The notes under the pieces: model-generated
Databases searched by the model: none
The model's input: the letters and a program-made list of their open reading frames with translations, nothing else
Told to the model about the DNA's origin: nothing
Program-made: the position numbers and the translations under genes
NCBI GenBank assembly: GCA_040285745.1
Contig: JAUFOR010000004.1
Location: 1,240,001-1,304,000, forward strand
Direction: 5' to 3'
DNA: 64,000 bases
Source of the DNA: Barthelona sp. PCE
Taxonomy: Eukaryota
Part shown: positions 51,981-61,748 of the stretch, one piece after another
Layout: each line of letters starts with the position of its first letter
Position numbering within the stretch: the stretch's first letter is position 1

Positions 51981-54590
51981 ATGCCGAACGACGTTAACAC
52001 TATACTTTCGCGTGAAGAAGACTTGACTATCAGGGCGGAAGCGCTTAAATTCCACGAAAAAACAAGACAGCTGCTCGAGGAGGAGGCCAAGAAGGTCAGA
52101 CATGAAGAAGCCGAGCGTTTAGCACAAGAACTTTCAGAAGCCAACCGCTATCAGGTACAAGCTCTTAGATTCGAAGAGCGCGTCATCGCAGAGGAGGAGC
52201 GTGCGAAGCTTGAGCAGCAACAGGCCCAATTCCTGCAAGCCGAGAATGAGCGCGCTGCAGCACTCCGTAAAGACTTTTTAAACACACAGGAGAAGTATTT
52301 GCGCATGGAAGCCGAGAACGAGCTCTCAAAGTCTCGTCAGAAGCTTGCTGAAGAGCTCAGTCAGATGAAGAAGCAGAAAGAGCTCGAAGAGGTTCATGCC
52401 GATGAGACTATGGAGTACGTTGAAGATGAGCACATTGAGCCCGAACCAATGGAGGAGGCCCGCGAGACGTTCCTGCCCAAGCGCCGCAAGGGAAAGAAGC
52501 GTCTTTCACCCCGCAAAAACAAGAAAGCTAAAGTTTTGCTTTTGATGACTGTTGATGTAGGCGATGGCCGTTCTGACGTAATCACGGTATGCGAGAACGA
52601 TAGTTACCATGATCTGGCGTCCGACTTTGTCCGTAAGCATGGACTGAATGGAGCCATTGTAGAGCCTCTTGCTCAGAAAATTGCTGAAAACGTAGGTGTA
52701 TTACAGCCTGAACAGCCAACAACCCCGAACTTCACCAGGAAGCGCGAGGAGAAGGTTCAACGCCCAAAATCCCATTTGACACCCAGAGAACGTGATGAAT
52801 TTTTCCATCATCTCAGCCAAGTACAACCACGTAGAATGACGGAGCGTAAGAAGAAGCGCGCAAAGGAGCTTAAGAAGGAGGAGAGCCTGGCAGTCACCGG
52901 ATCACCGTCTGTCCTAGAGTTCTCATCAGTCCTCGCAAACGTCCGTCATAAGAAGAAGAAGCATACTGGTTCAGTGTTTGATCGTCTTTATTCGGAGGCG
53001 GTTGAGGTCCGCGAGAAGAAGAGAGAGGTTGCTGAGCAGGAAAAGGAGAAGATCAGGCAGCAGAGCATGCGTAATAGCTCTGTCAAGCACACTAATTCTG
53101 TATCTCAAAAAATTGTCAATAAGAAAAGAAAGAAGATTGAGCAAAAGATCGCCTCCGTCGTTGAGAAGCCTGTCAAGACTGTTGCCGACCGTCTTTACTA
53201 CGAGAGCCTCCTCCGTAAGAAGGATCTCGAGGAGAAGCAACGCAAGCTCAAGGAAGAGCGTCGTAAGTCAGAAATGACAGGATGCACGTTCAGACCTAAG
53301 GTCTCCAAGAAGGCGAAGGAGCTTGAGCGCGAGGGTGAGGAGCTATGGCAGCGAATCATCGACCCCTATGGTCACCAGCGTGATCACATCCTGAAAGCAA
53401 CCAGGGAAGATAAAATCAACAAGGCCATCGCCAAGCTTCCTTTCAAGCCCAAGCTCTCGAAGCGCAGTGAGCGTCTCGCTAGTAAGGTGCTCGGTGATGC
53501 TATCATGGATCCCGTGATGCACGCCAAGGCTCTGTACAGTGACGCCAAGCGTCGTGAGCAGCGCGCCAGAGACATGGAGTACTACTACGAGGAGGACTGC
53601 ACGTTTGCGCCGGAGGTGAATGTGAACTCTCCTGTTTCAAAGGAGGAACGCGAGAAGATCATTGACCGACTGCTTAACTCAAAGAGATATACAGATGAAC
53701 AACTGGTATCATTGCGTTCTCAGTTAGAGTCTAACGTGGATCCCAAGACGGGTCAAGAGCTCTTTACTCCAATGACAGGTCGAGGCCCAGCATTTGAGAG
53801 AAACACTGCTAACCTTGACATTGGTGAGTTCCTGTATGAGTCCCGTCATGAGTTCGATGACGTCAAGCGCCTTGCATACGAGGCTGAGATGGAGGAGATC
53901 CGTCGCAAGGCTGACGGTAAGAAGACAAATGATATTAGTGATAAGCTTGTTCTATCTCGTCGTGCTAACTGCCTTTACCACTTGTACAGTTACATCAACC
54001 AGGGCAACGAGTATAACGCTATGCCAACAGATTATGATATGTTGCACACCGAAGGACTCTCCTCGGATATTTGCTCAGAAGTACGTATGGTACTTGATCA
54101 TGTCCAGAACCAAGAGAAAATATCACCTAACGACTTTGTTGATCTTGTTTTTGGAATTTTCGATGCTGAACGCACTTATGTTTTTCATATTTTTTCATTC
54201 AAAACCCCTTCTCTTCGAACAGCCTCAGAAGTTGCTGTTGAGGACTTCCCCTTCTCTCCTGCCGTGGACCACACAGTTCCAGAGGCGTTAAAGGAGTCAG
54301 TTCAAGAAGCTTTGGCTAACCGTGAAGAGGCTATCGCTAAACACGGTGGTGTTCATTCTAAGTTGTATTCAGACGCAAAGAAGCGTAAGGAAGACATGAA
54401 GCGCCGTATTGATGATATCATTCAATCTGAGAAGGAGACATATAAGTTCTCTCCTCAGACTAGCCCTTACAAGGGTGATGGTTTGGGTAATCGAGTGGAA
54501 TCGAATGTTTTTGCTCGTTTGACCGCAGACATCAATAAGAACCGCAAGGAGGAGGAAGAATTTGAAGAAGTTAACACGCCATCGCAGTAA
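51981..54590 (+). CDS. Coiled-coil protein with repeated DRLY and (C)TF.P motifs, probably cytoskeletal
   Basis: Recurrent VFDRLY/ADRLY/SKLY and CTFRPK/LPFKPK/CTFAPE/LFTPM/FSP units; function inferred. Confidence 0.7.
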   Translation: MPNDVNTILSREEDLTIRAEALKFHEKTRQLLEEEAKKVRHEEAERLAQELSEANRYQVQALRFEERVIAEEERAKLEQQQAQFLQAENERAAALRKDFLNTQEKYLRMEAENELSKSRQKLAEELSQMKKQKELEEVHADETMEYVEDEHIEPEPMEEARETFLPKRRKGKKRLSPRKNKKAKVLLLMTVDVGDGRSDVITVCENDSYHDLASDFVRKHGLNGAIVEPLAQKIAENVGVLQPEQPTTPNFTRKREEKVQRPKSHLTPRERDEFFHHLSQVQPRRMTERKKKRAKELKKEESLAVTGSPSVLEFSSVLANVRHKKKKHTGSVFDRLYSEAVEVREKKREVAEQEKEKIRQQSMRNSSVKHTNSVSQKIVNKKRKKIEQKIASVVEKPVKTVADRLYYESLLRKKDLEEKQRKLKEERRKSEMTGCTFRPKVSKKAKELEREGEELWQRIIDPYGHQRDHILKATREDKINKAIAKLPFKPKLSKRSERLASKVLGDAIMDPVMHAKALYSDAKRREQRARDMEYYYEEDCTFAPEVNVNSPVSKEEREKIIDRLLNSKRYTDEQLVSLRSQLESNVDPKTGQELFTPMTGRGPAFERNTANLDIGEFLYESRHEFDDVKRLAYEAEMEEIRRKADGKKTNDISDKLVLSRRANCLYHLYSYINQGNEYNAMPTDYDMLHTEGLSSDICSEVRMVLDHVQNQEKISPNDFVDLVFGIFDAERTYVFHIFSFKTPSLRTASEVAVEDFPFSPAVDHTVPEALKESVQEALANREEAIAKHGGVHSKLYSDAKKRKEDMKRRIDDIIQSEKETYKFSPQTSPYKGDGLGNRVESNVFARLTADINKNRKEEEEFEEVNTPSQ

Positions 54591-54741
54591 ATTCACATTT
54601 TTTTGCATTTCATTCTTTGTCGTCCGCATAGAGGGAGTTATCATTGAGACTCGCCAATATTACAGTCAGCGGTCATGCGCATTCTTCTTTGTTACTGTTT
54701 TGGCATAAATCACTCACTTAATCTTTATTTATTGATATATA

Positions 54742-56628
54742 ATGGTGAGGGCATTTAAAAACGAAGATGAGCTCGCTTATGTGACGCGTTTTAACAGAGA
54801 AACGGAAGAGAAAGAGGATTTCGTTATATCTGCAGAACCTTACACCGGTGTATCTTGGACATCTAAGGATGAGCGAGTGTTGGCCACGGTGCACACTAGT
54901 CACATCCGCGTGTTCAGTATTCCGTCATTGGAGGAAATTTACGCCGTACCTACCAATTCAATGGTTAAGTATGGTTGTTTGAGTTTTGACGGACAATTTC
55001 TGGCATTCAGGGTCGGTGATGACTACCATGTACATTGCATAAGCTCACAAAGTTTAATCTCGAATGTTACTTTTACAAAAGGAAGCAAATGCTGGGTTAA
55101 TTCTGAGGCTCTCTTTATTAAGGAAGCAGAAGCTGAATTAATACACAAGTTTGCTCACGGCGAGATCGAAGCTATATTGACAATTGAAGGTGAAATTGCA
55201 GCGGAGCAGGATAATGGTGAAATATTCTTTTTGAGGGATGTAACTGTTGATTCTAAAAGATATTTCAGACTTATAGATGCTAATAATGAGGTAAAACAGG
55301 ATTTTGAAAAAAGAGTAAGTTTTGCAAAAAGAATCATTTCATGTGACATATCTTCAAAATACGTTGTAATTGGAGATGATCATTTATATTTGTATGATCG
55401 ACGAAACCGCGCAACCATTAAACGTTCAAGAGAAAGGAGAGTTCAATCGGTGTACATTTCACCGGACGAAAAGCACTTCATTTTGAAATCGACATGTAGA
55501 ACATCAAATGTTTACGATATTGCAGGCAAGAACGTTACTAATGTGCCTTCAATGTGCACAGGCCCTTCTGTAACGTATAGCGTTTTTAAGGATTTGATAG
55601 TGTGCAAAACGCCATTAGGTTCCCTTTTATGTTATTGTGGATCAATAATTCCATGCGATTCCATCTTACATGTTGAGCCCTATAAATGCGGTTATCTGGT
55701 GTTCTTTTCATCGAAAGTGGCTTTCTTAGATGAATTTACTTGGGTTTTTGAAGATTATGAGCTAAACAACGCAACCATTGTGAGAGTTACAGAGGACCGC
55801 GTTGAACCCGGTGAGCAGGAAGATGAACACCGGGTGTTCAATGTTGAGTTGGATGATGGCACGTTTATGTATGTGGGGTTAAAATCAAAAGACTTAATGT
55901 TACAGGGGATACAGTGCAGCAAGGACAGGAACTGTATCAATTTTGATGATGAAATTGAAATTCGCATTGCAGACTTGAAAAAGAGAGAAGAGTTGAGATT
56001 AGAGACCGATGAGAATGCGTTGGAGATATCTATGAAAATGAAAAACTTATTAATGAGTATATCAATGTTGGAAGAGGAGGATAAGAAGTTGGAAGAGAAG
56101 GATAAGAAGTTGGAAGAGATGGATAAGAAGTTACAGGTTGCATGGGCTGCTCTGGACCATTACGTCCCCGCTTCGGTTAAGGAAGAGTACTCTACATTGT
56201 TAACTAACGCTGACAAATGTGCTTCCGCATTGCATGAACTTGATGTATCACCGGAGTCTTTCTTTAATTTTTCATTAACCCCGGAAGAAATAACCATAAA
56301 GCAGAGCATATGCGAGCTGGAGAAGGCTATGGGATTTGTTAAGAAAATTGATGGTATTGTTCAGGAATTTGAGTTAAGCGATACCTTGAGCTCAACTTTT
56401 GCCACACGTTTCTCTGATATGGCTGAACAGCATCTCGCTTTTAAAGTGTTATATGAGCAAGAATATGCTGGGAAACTGGAGGAACTGCAGAAGTTGGATG
56501 TTTACTTTGATATTTACAGGCAATGCAGAGATTTTGCACAAACTGAGATGTATTCAGCATTTAAAGGCTTTATGGACAAGTTTTCTGAGTTCAATGACAT
56601 CTTTGGTAGGGAAGATGAGTCATCTTAA
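54742..56628 (+). CDS. MVRAFKN family copy 4 (628 aa): predicted propeller plus coiled coil, no effector domains
   Basis: Inverted, dispersed paralog closest to copy 1 over most of its length. Confidence 0.78.
   Translation: MVRAFKNEDELAYVTRFNRETEEKEDFVISAEPYTGVSWTSKDERVLATVHTSHIRVFSIPSLEEIYAVPTNSMVKYGCLSFDGQFLAFRVGDDYHVHCISSQSLISNVTFTKGSKCWVNSEALFIKEAEAELIHKFAHGEIEAILTIEGEIAAEQDNGEIFFLRDVTVDSKRYFRLIDANNEVKQDFEKRVSFAKRIISCDISSKYVVIGDDHLYLYDRRNRATIKRSRERRVQSVYISPDEKHFILKSTCRTSNVYDIAGKNVTNVPSMCTGPSVTYSVFKDLIVCKTPLGSLLCYCGSIIPCDSILHVEPYKCGYLVFFSSKVAFLDEFTWVFEDYELNNATIVRVTEDRVEPGEQEDEHRVFNVELDDGTFMYVGLKSKDLMLQGIQCSKDRNCINFDDEIEIRIADLKKREELRLETDENALEISMKMKNLLMSISMLEEEDKKLEEKDKKLEEMDKKLQVAWAALDHYVPASVKEEYSTLLTNADKCASALHELDVSPESFFNFSLTPEEITIKQSICELEKAMGFVKKIDGIVQEFELSDTLSSTFATRFSDMAEQHLAFKVLYEQEYAGKLEELQKLDVYFDIYRQCRDFAQTEMYSAFKGFMDKFSEFNDIFGREDESS
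56067..56129 (+). repeat. Three 21-bp coding repeats (LEE[E/K/M]DKK heptads)
   Basis: GTTGGAAGAGnnGGATAAGAA x3. Confidence 0.9.
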
Positions 56629-56702
56629 GCCTTCATTCAATAAAAATGTGATACCATGTGCATCACATATACATTTTACAACAATAGCGCAAACGATCAG
56701 TC

Positions 56703-58688
56703 CTATCTACTAAACACACTGTTAAACGAATCGAAAACAGAGACGCTGCACTGCGTAATGAATTCGCGCATGTCGACTGTTTTTTCTTCAACCTCAAACT
56801 TACTATAGTCATCACTAAATGTAATAATGCGCATAAAAACTTGATGGTTCTTCATGGTTTTTGAGTACCAAACAGCAACACCCTTCTTGGGAGAGACTAG
56901 TATATAATCCTCAAAAGACTCATCGAAACACCCAGACATATCCAGTGAACTAATGACACCAGAGGAATCGATAATAAACATCTTTGAACCAAAAATCAGC
57001 ACACCTTTGTCCACGAAACATGAGGCAACACTCTTGTTGTATACTTCAAACCTGGCAACCACTTTTACGGAACAACTCTCAGTGTCATACTGAACATATG
57101 AGCAATCAAAGGAATAACCCATATCGTTACCATTTTCATAGTCTTCAAACAGTTGGTTGAAGCAGACTTCTTCATAACAGTAGTCGTTTGTTACCATATC
57201 CTTACAACTGTAACAATCAAGCGACTTTTTAACAGTTTTCTTAACGCTACCATTCTGATCCATCGCGAATAAGTTCATCATCCCCATTGAGTCAAACAAC
57301 CAAACTAAGTCACCACAAACCTTGAATTGGTGAATATCATCGTGTGTTTCGAGCACTTTATGACCGTTGATGATAAAGGGGTACGTGTAGTAATCTATAT
57401 TGTAGTACACAGCATGATGACGATCATTAAACGACGTGACGCAATCTTCGACTTCGTCTTCCTGTCTGACATATCTGAATACTTCTACTCCATCAAGGTA
57501 TAAAACATTATTTTCCCCAACCTTTGTGACAACACATGTACGCCATTCTTGTCTTTCAATGTCATAATACTGATATGAATTGTAAAGCTCTGCATTTTCC
57601 TTAGTTTTGGCAAACAATGTTACAGAATTATTGTAAAAGTCAAAAGCAAATGGAAACTCACAAAGACCCTCAGTAAAACATGGATCATATTCGGTGAAAT
57701 GTAAAGTTGATTCAGGTTGTAGCACACAGCAACCGTTCAAGCTTTCGGTGTATACTCTGTAAAACTTAGTACACTGTGCCTCCGAATTGTACTCACTGCA
57801 ATAGACGATTCCGTCAAGCAAAACGAAATTCCACACGTGACAGATTGCATCACCGGCTTTAACAGGTTGATTGGGTTTTTGAACTGGTATTCCATTGATG
57901 ATTGCTAATTCTTTGCACTCCCATTCTTCGTTGTGCTTGTACTCGTATTCACCACCAAAATCTGGCATGACAAAGTCAAGTGGATGTTTTTCATAACTAT
58001 CCTCCGTTTCAGCGCATGTCACCAACATTCCCTCACGAGACTCGAATATGATGCTATTATTACCAGGTGTTGCATTAAAACCGTAAAACCACGAACCTTC
58101 CAACGGTCCATCACTGATAAGATATGGAATTCCTTCCTCGTTGAACGCGAGCTTTTCCATAACAGTTCTACTGTTCCAATGAATAAAGTATGTTATCTCA
58201 TCCTGAGTAACAAAGAAGGGGGCTCTCATCCAAGAGTTGAATGGCATGCAGGCTTCAAATACTTTGGTTCGGTTGTTATCCATATCATAAAAATTAACAT
58301 TAGTGGAATCTACAACCTGAACCCAAAAACGTTGATTAATCATGCTTCCTTCTTTCCATCCTGGCATTTTAAAGAATTCATGGTTCTTCAGAGGTGAAAA
58401 CTGTCCATCCACGTACTCAAACATCTCAATCTTGAACATTTTATCGTCAAGGCTTGAGGTTTGGTAAAAAATGGTTTTCTCCAGTTCTGTTGGGCGAAGA
58501 ATCAGATGACTCTCATCATCTGACTCAGAAGCGGTCACGGGAGGACCATCAATAACACCATTCATACTTTTGTCCACAATGCTGTAGGATGGCTGATGAA
58601 CTTCATCGCTTGTTGCTGAAATAAGAGTATCGTCTCCGAATGGGACGAGCGAGAAGAATTCTGACACTTTGGTAACAGGGCGAGGCAT
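56703..58688 (-). CDS. Uncharacterised beta-rich protein (MPR-start family)
   Basis: Long ORF; first ATG gives MPRPVTK; aromatic/beta-rich; C-terminal motif similar to 42483-44621. Confidence 0.7.
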   Translation of the reverse strand: MPRPVTKVSEFFSLVPFGDDTLISATSDEVHQPSYSIVDKSMNGVIDGPPVTASESDDESHLILRPTELEKTIFYQTSSLDDKMFKIEMFEYVDGQFSPLKNHEFFKMPGWKEGSMINQRFWVQVVDSTNVNFYDMDNNRTKVFEACMPFNSWMRAPFFVTQDEITYFIHWNSRTVMEKLAFNEEGIPYLISDGPLEGSWFYGFNATPGNNSIIFESREGMLVTCAETEDSYEKHPLDFVMPDFGGEYEYKHNEEWECKELAIINGIPVQKPNQPVKAGDAICHVWNFVLLDGIVYCSEYNSEAQCTKFYRVYTESLNGCCVLQPESTLHFTEYDPCFTEGLCEFPFAFDFYNNSVTLFAKTKENAELYNSYQYYDIERQEWRTCVVTKVGENNVLYLDGVEVFRYVRQEDEVEDCVTSFNDRHHAVYYNIDYYTYPFIINGHKVLETHDDIHQFKVCGDLVWLFDSMGMMNLFAMDQNGSVKKTVKKSLDCYSCKDMVTNDYCYEEVCFNQLFEDYENGNDMGYSFDCSYVQYDTESCSVKVVARFEVYNKSVASCFVDKGVLIFGSKMFIIDSSGVISSLDMSGCFDESFEDYILVSPKKGVAVWYSKTMKNHQVFMRIITFSDDYSKFEVEEKTVDMREFITQCSVSVFDSFNSVFSR

Positions 58689-58941
58689 TGTTAAGGCTAA
58701 TAAAATTTTAAACAACCAACATATTCTATTCTGAGTTTTAACTGCGAATTAAAGCCTTTTTCGCACAAGAGAACCGGAATCTGTGATTCAAAAAGCTAAT
58801 AGTAGCATCTATTTCTAAGATTTACAATTATTAGGCTCAAGGTCGCAATAGTCTCGTAGTTGATTGCCTCTTCCTTAAACTACTGCTCCCGATTGAACCA
58901 CTCCAAGCTTTGCTTAGAACTGCTGCTGTTTATTAATAAAA

Positions 58942-60510
58942 TTAGGTTGGAAACCACATGTTGGAAATGAAATCATATTTTCTATTCCCCAACGGTGCTT
59001 CTTCGATCTGACTGCTTGCAGCGCTTGACTGAGTACAAAATGAGTCGTTCGTTATTTCACTCTCTGCTTCTTGCTCCTGTACAATCTCATCGAATTGCTT
59101 AAGGGCAGCCAAACGACTGCGAATCCCGAATTGTGCGAAAAACGGAACTTCTCGTCGTACTTTTTTAGCAGGAGGTTTCTTCCTCTGCGGCTCAACTTTT
59201 GGCACTGCTTCTACAATGCGCACCTTGGGGGCAGCAGACTCTTCAACAATAGGTTCTTTTTCAACGGGTTTCTTTTCCATCTGAGGTTCGACAACGACGA
59301 TAACAGGCTTTGGATTTTCTTCTTGATCGCTTTCTGTTGCGCCCACTCGTCGCTTAAATGCCTCCAACCGCTCGTTTAGCCGTTCTATTCTTGTTAGTTT
59401 TTTTGGCTCTGTCAATTTAGTTTTCTCAGGTTCAGCTTCTTGGGGTTCGATTTTCTTATCTGTAATACTTTCTGTTGTGTTATGTACATCAAGCGTTGGA
59501 ATCGCTGAAATCGCATCTGAATCAATTACACCGTTATAAACCTGATAGGGAACCGGCCTGTAGTCATTCAGGGGGTTGGCGGAAAGCACAGTTGAATGGG
59601 ATTTTAAAGAACAGTAGTCTGTTTCAGTTTCAGTCTGCTTAACAAATACTGTACTATCTATCGTTGAATGCATCTCTGTCCCAGTTGGCCTGGTATCGGT
59701 GCATAGCTCTACCCTATGCTTTGCCAACCATTTACCTAAACGGCGTGCTGAGGGTCTTTTCCTTTCTCTGGTTAATAAACGTAAAAGAAGGCGTTCGTGC
59801 AAAGGATCTGTGTTTATCGGGAGATCATTGGAGAACTTTAGCTTAGATATGCTTGTCATCAACGCTGGAATCGATGGGGCAACAAAAGGCGGTGCGAGTG
59901 CGACCACCTCAAACAGTACTACTCCCAAAGACCATATATCCGTTTTGACAGTATAATCCATACCGTCACAAATCTCCGGCGAAAGATAGAGCGGTGTTCC
60001 TAGGAATGTGGTTGCGAAATCTTCATCATCTTCAAATAATCTTGAAACACCAAAGTCTCCCAGTTTATAATTACCATCAGCTGTGATAAATATGTTGGGT
60101 GCTTTGACGTCACGATGGATGATGTTTCTTTGATGAAGATACTGTAAAGCTGATGTCACTTGCTGGGCTAGATTGAAAATTTCTACATGTGTGAAGTGTT
60201 GGGCTGGCGCGATGCTTCTACGTTCCTTGATGAGTTTGAGAAGGTCGCCCCGTTCGCAGTATTCAAGTACAAGAACGATAGAACGACGGCATGAATTATG
60301 ATAGAAACCGTACGTTTGGACAATATGTGGATGATCCAAGGAGCGCACAATGTCATATTCACGGAAAAAGTCCCCAGAAACACCTAGACATTCCTTTAAA
60401 ATTACAAATTTTTGCCTTTGAATCCAGTATGCCTTTTGAATGATAGTGCTATGGCTTCGATGTATCTCCTCGAGGATTTTGAATTCTCTGCTGTCTATTA
60501 TATTGCTCAT
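58942..60510 (-). CDS. NEK-like protein kinase with degenerate Gly-rich loop
   Basis: HRDVKAPNIF, KLGDFGVSR, GTPLYLSPE, KTDIWSLG. Confidence 0.88.
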   Translation of the reverse strand: MSNIIDSREFKILEEIHRSHSTIIQKAYWIQRQKFVILKECLGVSGDFFREYDIVRSLDHPHIVQTYGFYHNSCRRSIVLVLEYCERGDLLKLIKERRSIAPAQHFTHVEIFNLAQQVTSALQYLHQRNIIHRDVKAPNIFITADGNYKLGDFGVSRLFEDDEDFATTFLGTPLYLSPEICDGMDYTVKTDIWSLGVVLFEVVALAPPFVAPSIPALMTSISKLKFSNDLPINTDPLHERLLLRLLTRERKRPSARRLGKWLAKHRVELCTDTRPTGTEMHSTIDSTVFVKQTETETDYCSLKSHSTVLSANPLNDYRPVPYQVYNGVIDSDAISAIPTLDVHNTTESITDKKIEPQEAEPEKTKLTEPKKLTRIERLNERLEAFKRRVGATESDQEENPKPVIVVVEPQMEKKPVEKEPIVEESAAPKVRIVEAVPKVEPQRKKPPAKKVRREVPFFAQFGIRSRLAALKQFDEIVQEQEAESEITNDSFCTQSSAASSQIEEAPLGNRKYDFISNMWFPT

Positions 60511-60807
60511 CTACTCATTTTTCGTTGAATAGGGTGGGATGAGATGAGAAAAGTGATTACAGATCTTTTTGTGTTGATTTCATTTTATTCATGATATCTA
60601 TTGGACTTTTATTGTTAATCCAGATATTATTCACCTTGAATATCGGATCTTTACCCGCTGAAATAAATGAATATTGTTTCTCGGACTACGAACAGATATA
60701 TAAAAATGTACTTGTTGCAATTGCTTATTATGGCACGAAAACTACCTGTAGTGAACTTTAAATTTTCTCCGCTTTAAAATAGTTTGTTTTCTTTCCTATT
60801 TCCTTTT

Positions 60808-61686
60808 ATGAGTTTTAATAAGCGACCTTGGTCGTTGCAAGACTTTGAAATCGCACGTGTAGTGGGTCATGGCCGTTTTGGTCGTGTATACCTGGCGAGA
60901 GAGCGTAAATCGGGCTTTATTGTGGCACTAAAGGTAATTCCACGCAAAGATCTTCAAGAAAATCCGCTAACAGCACGCCAGGTACTCGCTGAAATTGATA
61001 TCCAGTCAGTTTGCTCACACAACAACATTCTTGAGCTGTTTGGTTATTTTCATGACGATAAAAATATATACCTAATCATAGAGTACTGTACAAATGGGAC
61101 ACTGAACGATGTCCTCCAGGAGAAGATCCGCTTGCCTGAAAAGGAAGCATCAAAGAACATAGAAAGCGTTTTGAGATCGATTGATTACTTACACAGAAGA
61201 AAGATCATACACAGGGACATCAAGACCGAAAACATACTACTTAGCCACAATGGGACATTGAAACTAGCGGATTTTGGGTGGAGTGTTAAGTTAACAACAG
61301 AGAAGAAGAGAAGAGAAACATTTTGTGGGACACTAGATTATATAGCACCTGAGATAGTAGAACGGTTAGAATACGGCCGGAAAGTTGATATTTGGGCATG
61401 TGGAATCTTGTTATGGGAGATGCTTTTTGGTGATGCACCATTCATAGATGTTGATGAGATTTCAACAATGCGAAGAATTCGAGAAATAGATTATGAATTT
61501 CCATTGAAAATACCGGTCAGCGACGAGTGCAAGGATTTTATTTCAAGAATATTTCACATCAATCCATTAAAGAGACCAAAGGCTGAAGAATTGTTACGAC
61601 ATCCTTTCATTCTAAAATTTAAAAAAACCCATCAGCAGAAGCGGCCTTCTTTAGGTAGAAGGCGTGGGCTGTCAGGGAAGAAATAG
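60808..61686 (+). CDS. Aurora kinase
   Basis: WSLQDFEI...GHGRFGRVYLARE, EIDIQS, HRDIKTENILL, ADFGWSV, RRETFCGTLDY. Start moved to the first ATG. Confidence 0.93.
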   Translation: MSFNKRPWSLQDFEIARVVGHGRFGRVYLARERKSGFIVALKVIPRKDLQENPLTARQVLAEIDIQSVCSHNNILELFGYFHDDKNIYLIIEYCTNGTLNDVLQEKIRLPEKEASKNIESVLRSIDYLHRRKIIHRDIKTENILLSHNGTLKLADFGWSVKLTTEKKRRETFCGTLDYIAPEIVERLEYGRKVDIWACGILLWEMLFGDAPFIDVDEISTMRRIREIDYEFPLKIPVSDECKDFISRIFHINPLKRPKAEELLRHPFILKFKKTHQQKRPSLGRRRGLSGKK

Positions 61687-61748
61687 AATAAACATAAGTA
61701 TCGTTTTTTGATTGTTTTCTTTTTTCGTTCAATTAGTATTTTTCCTGG

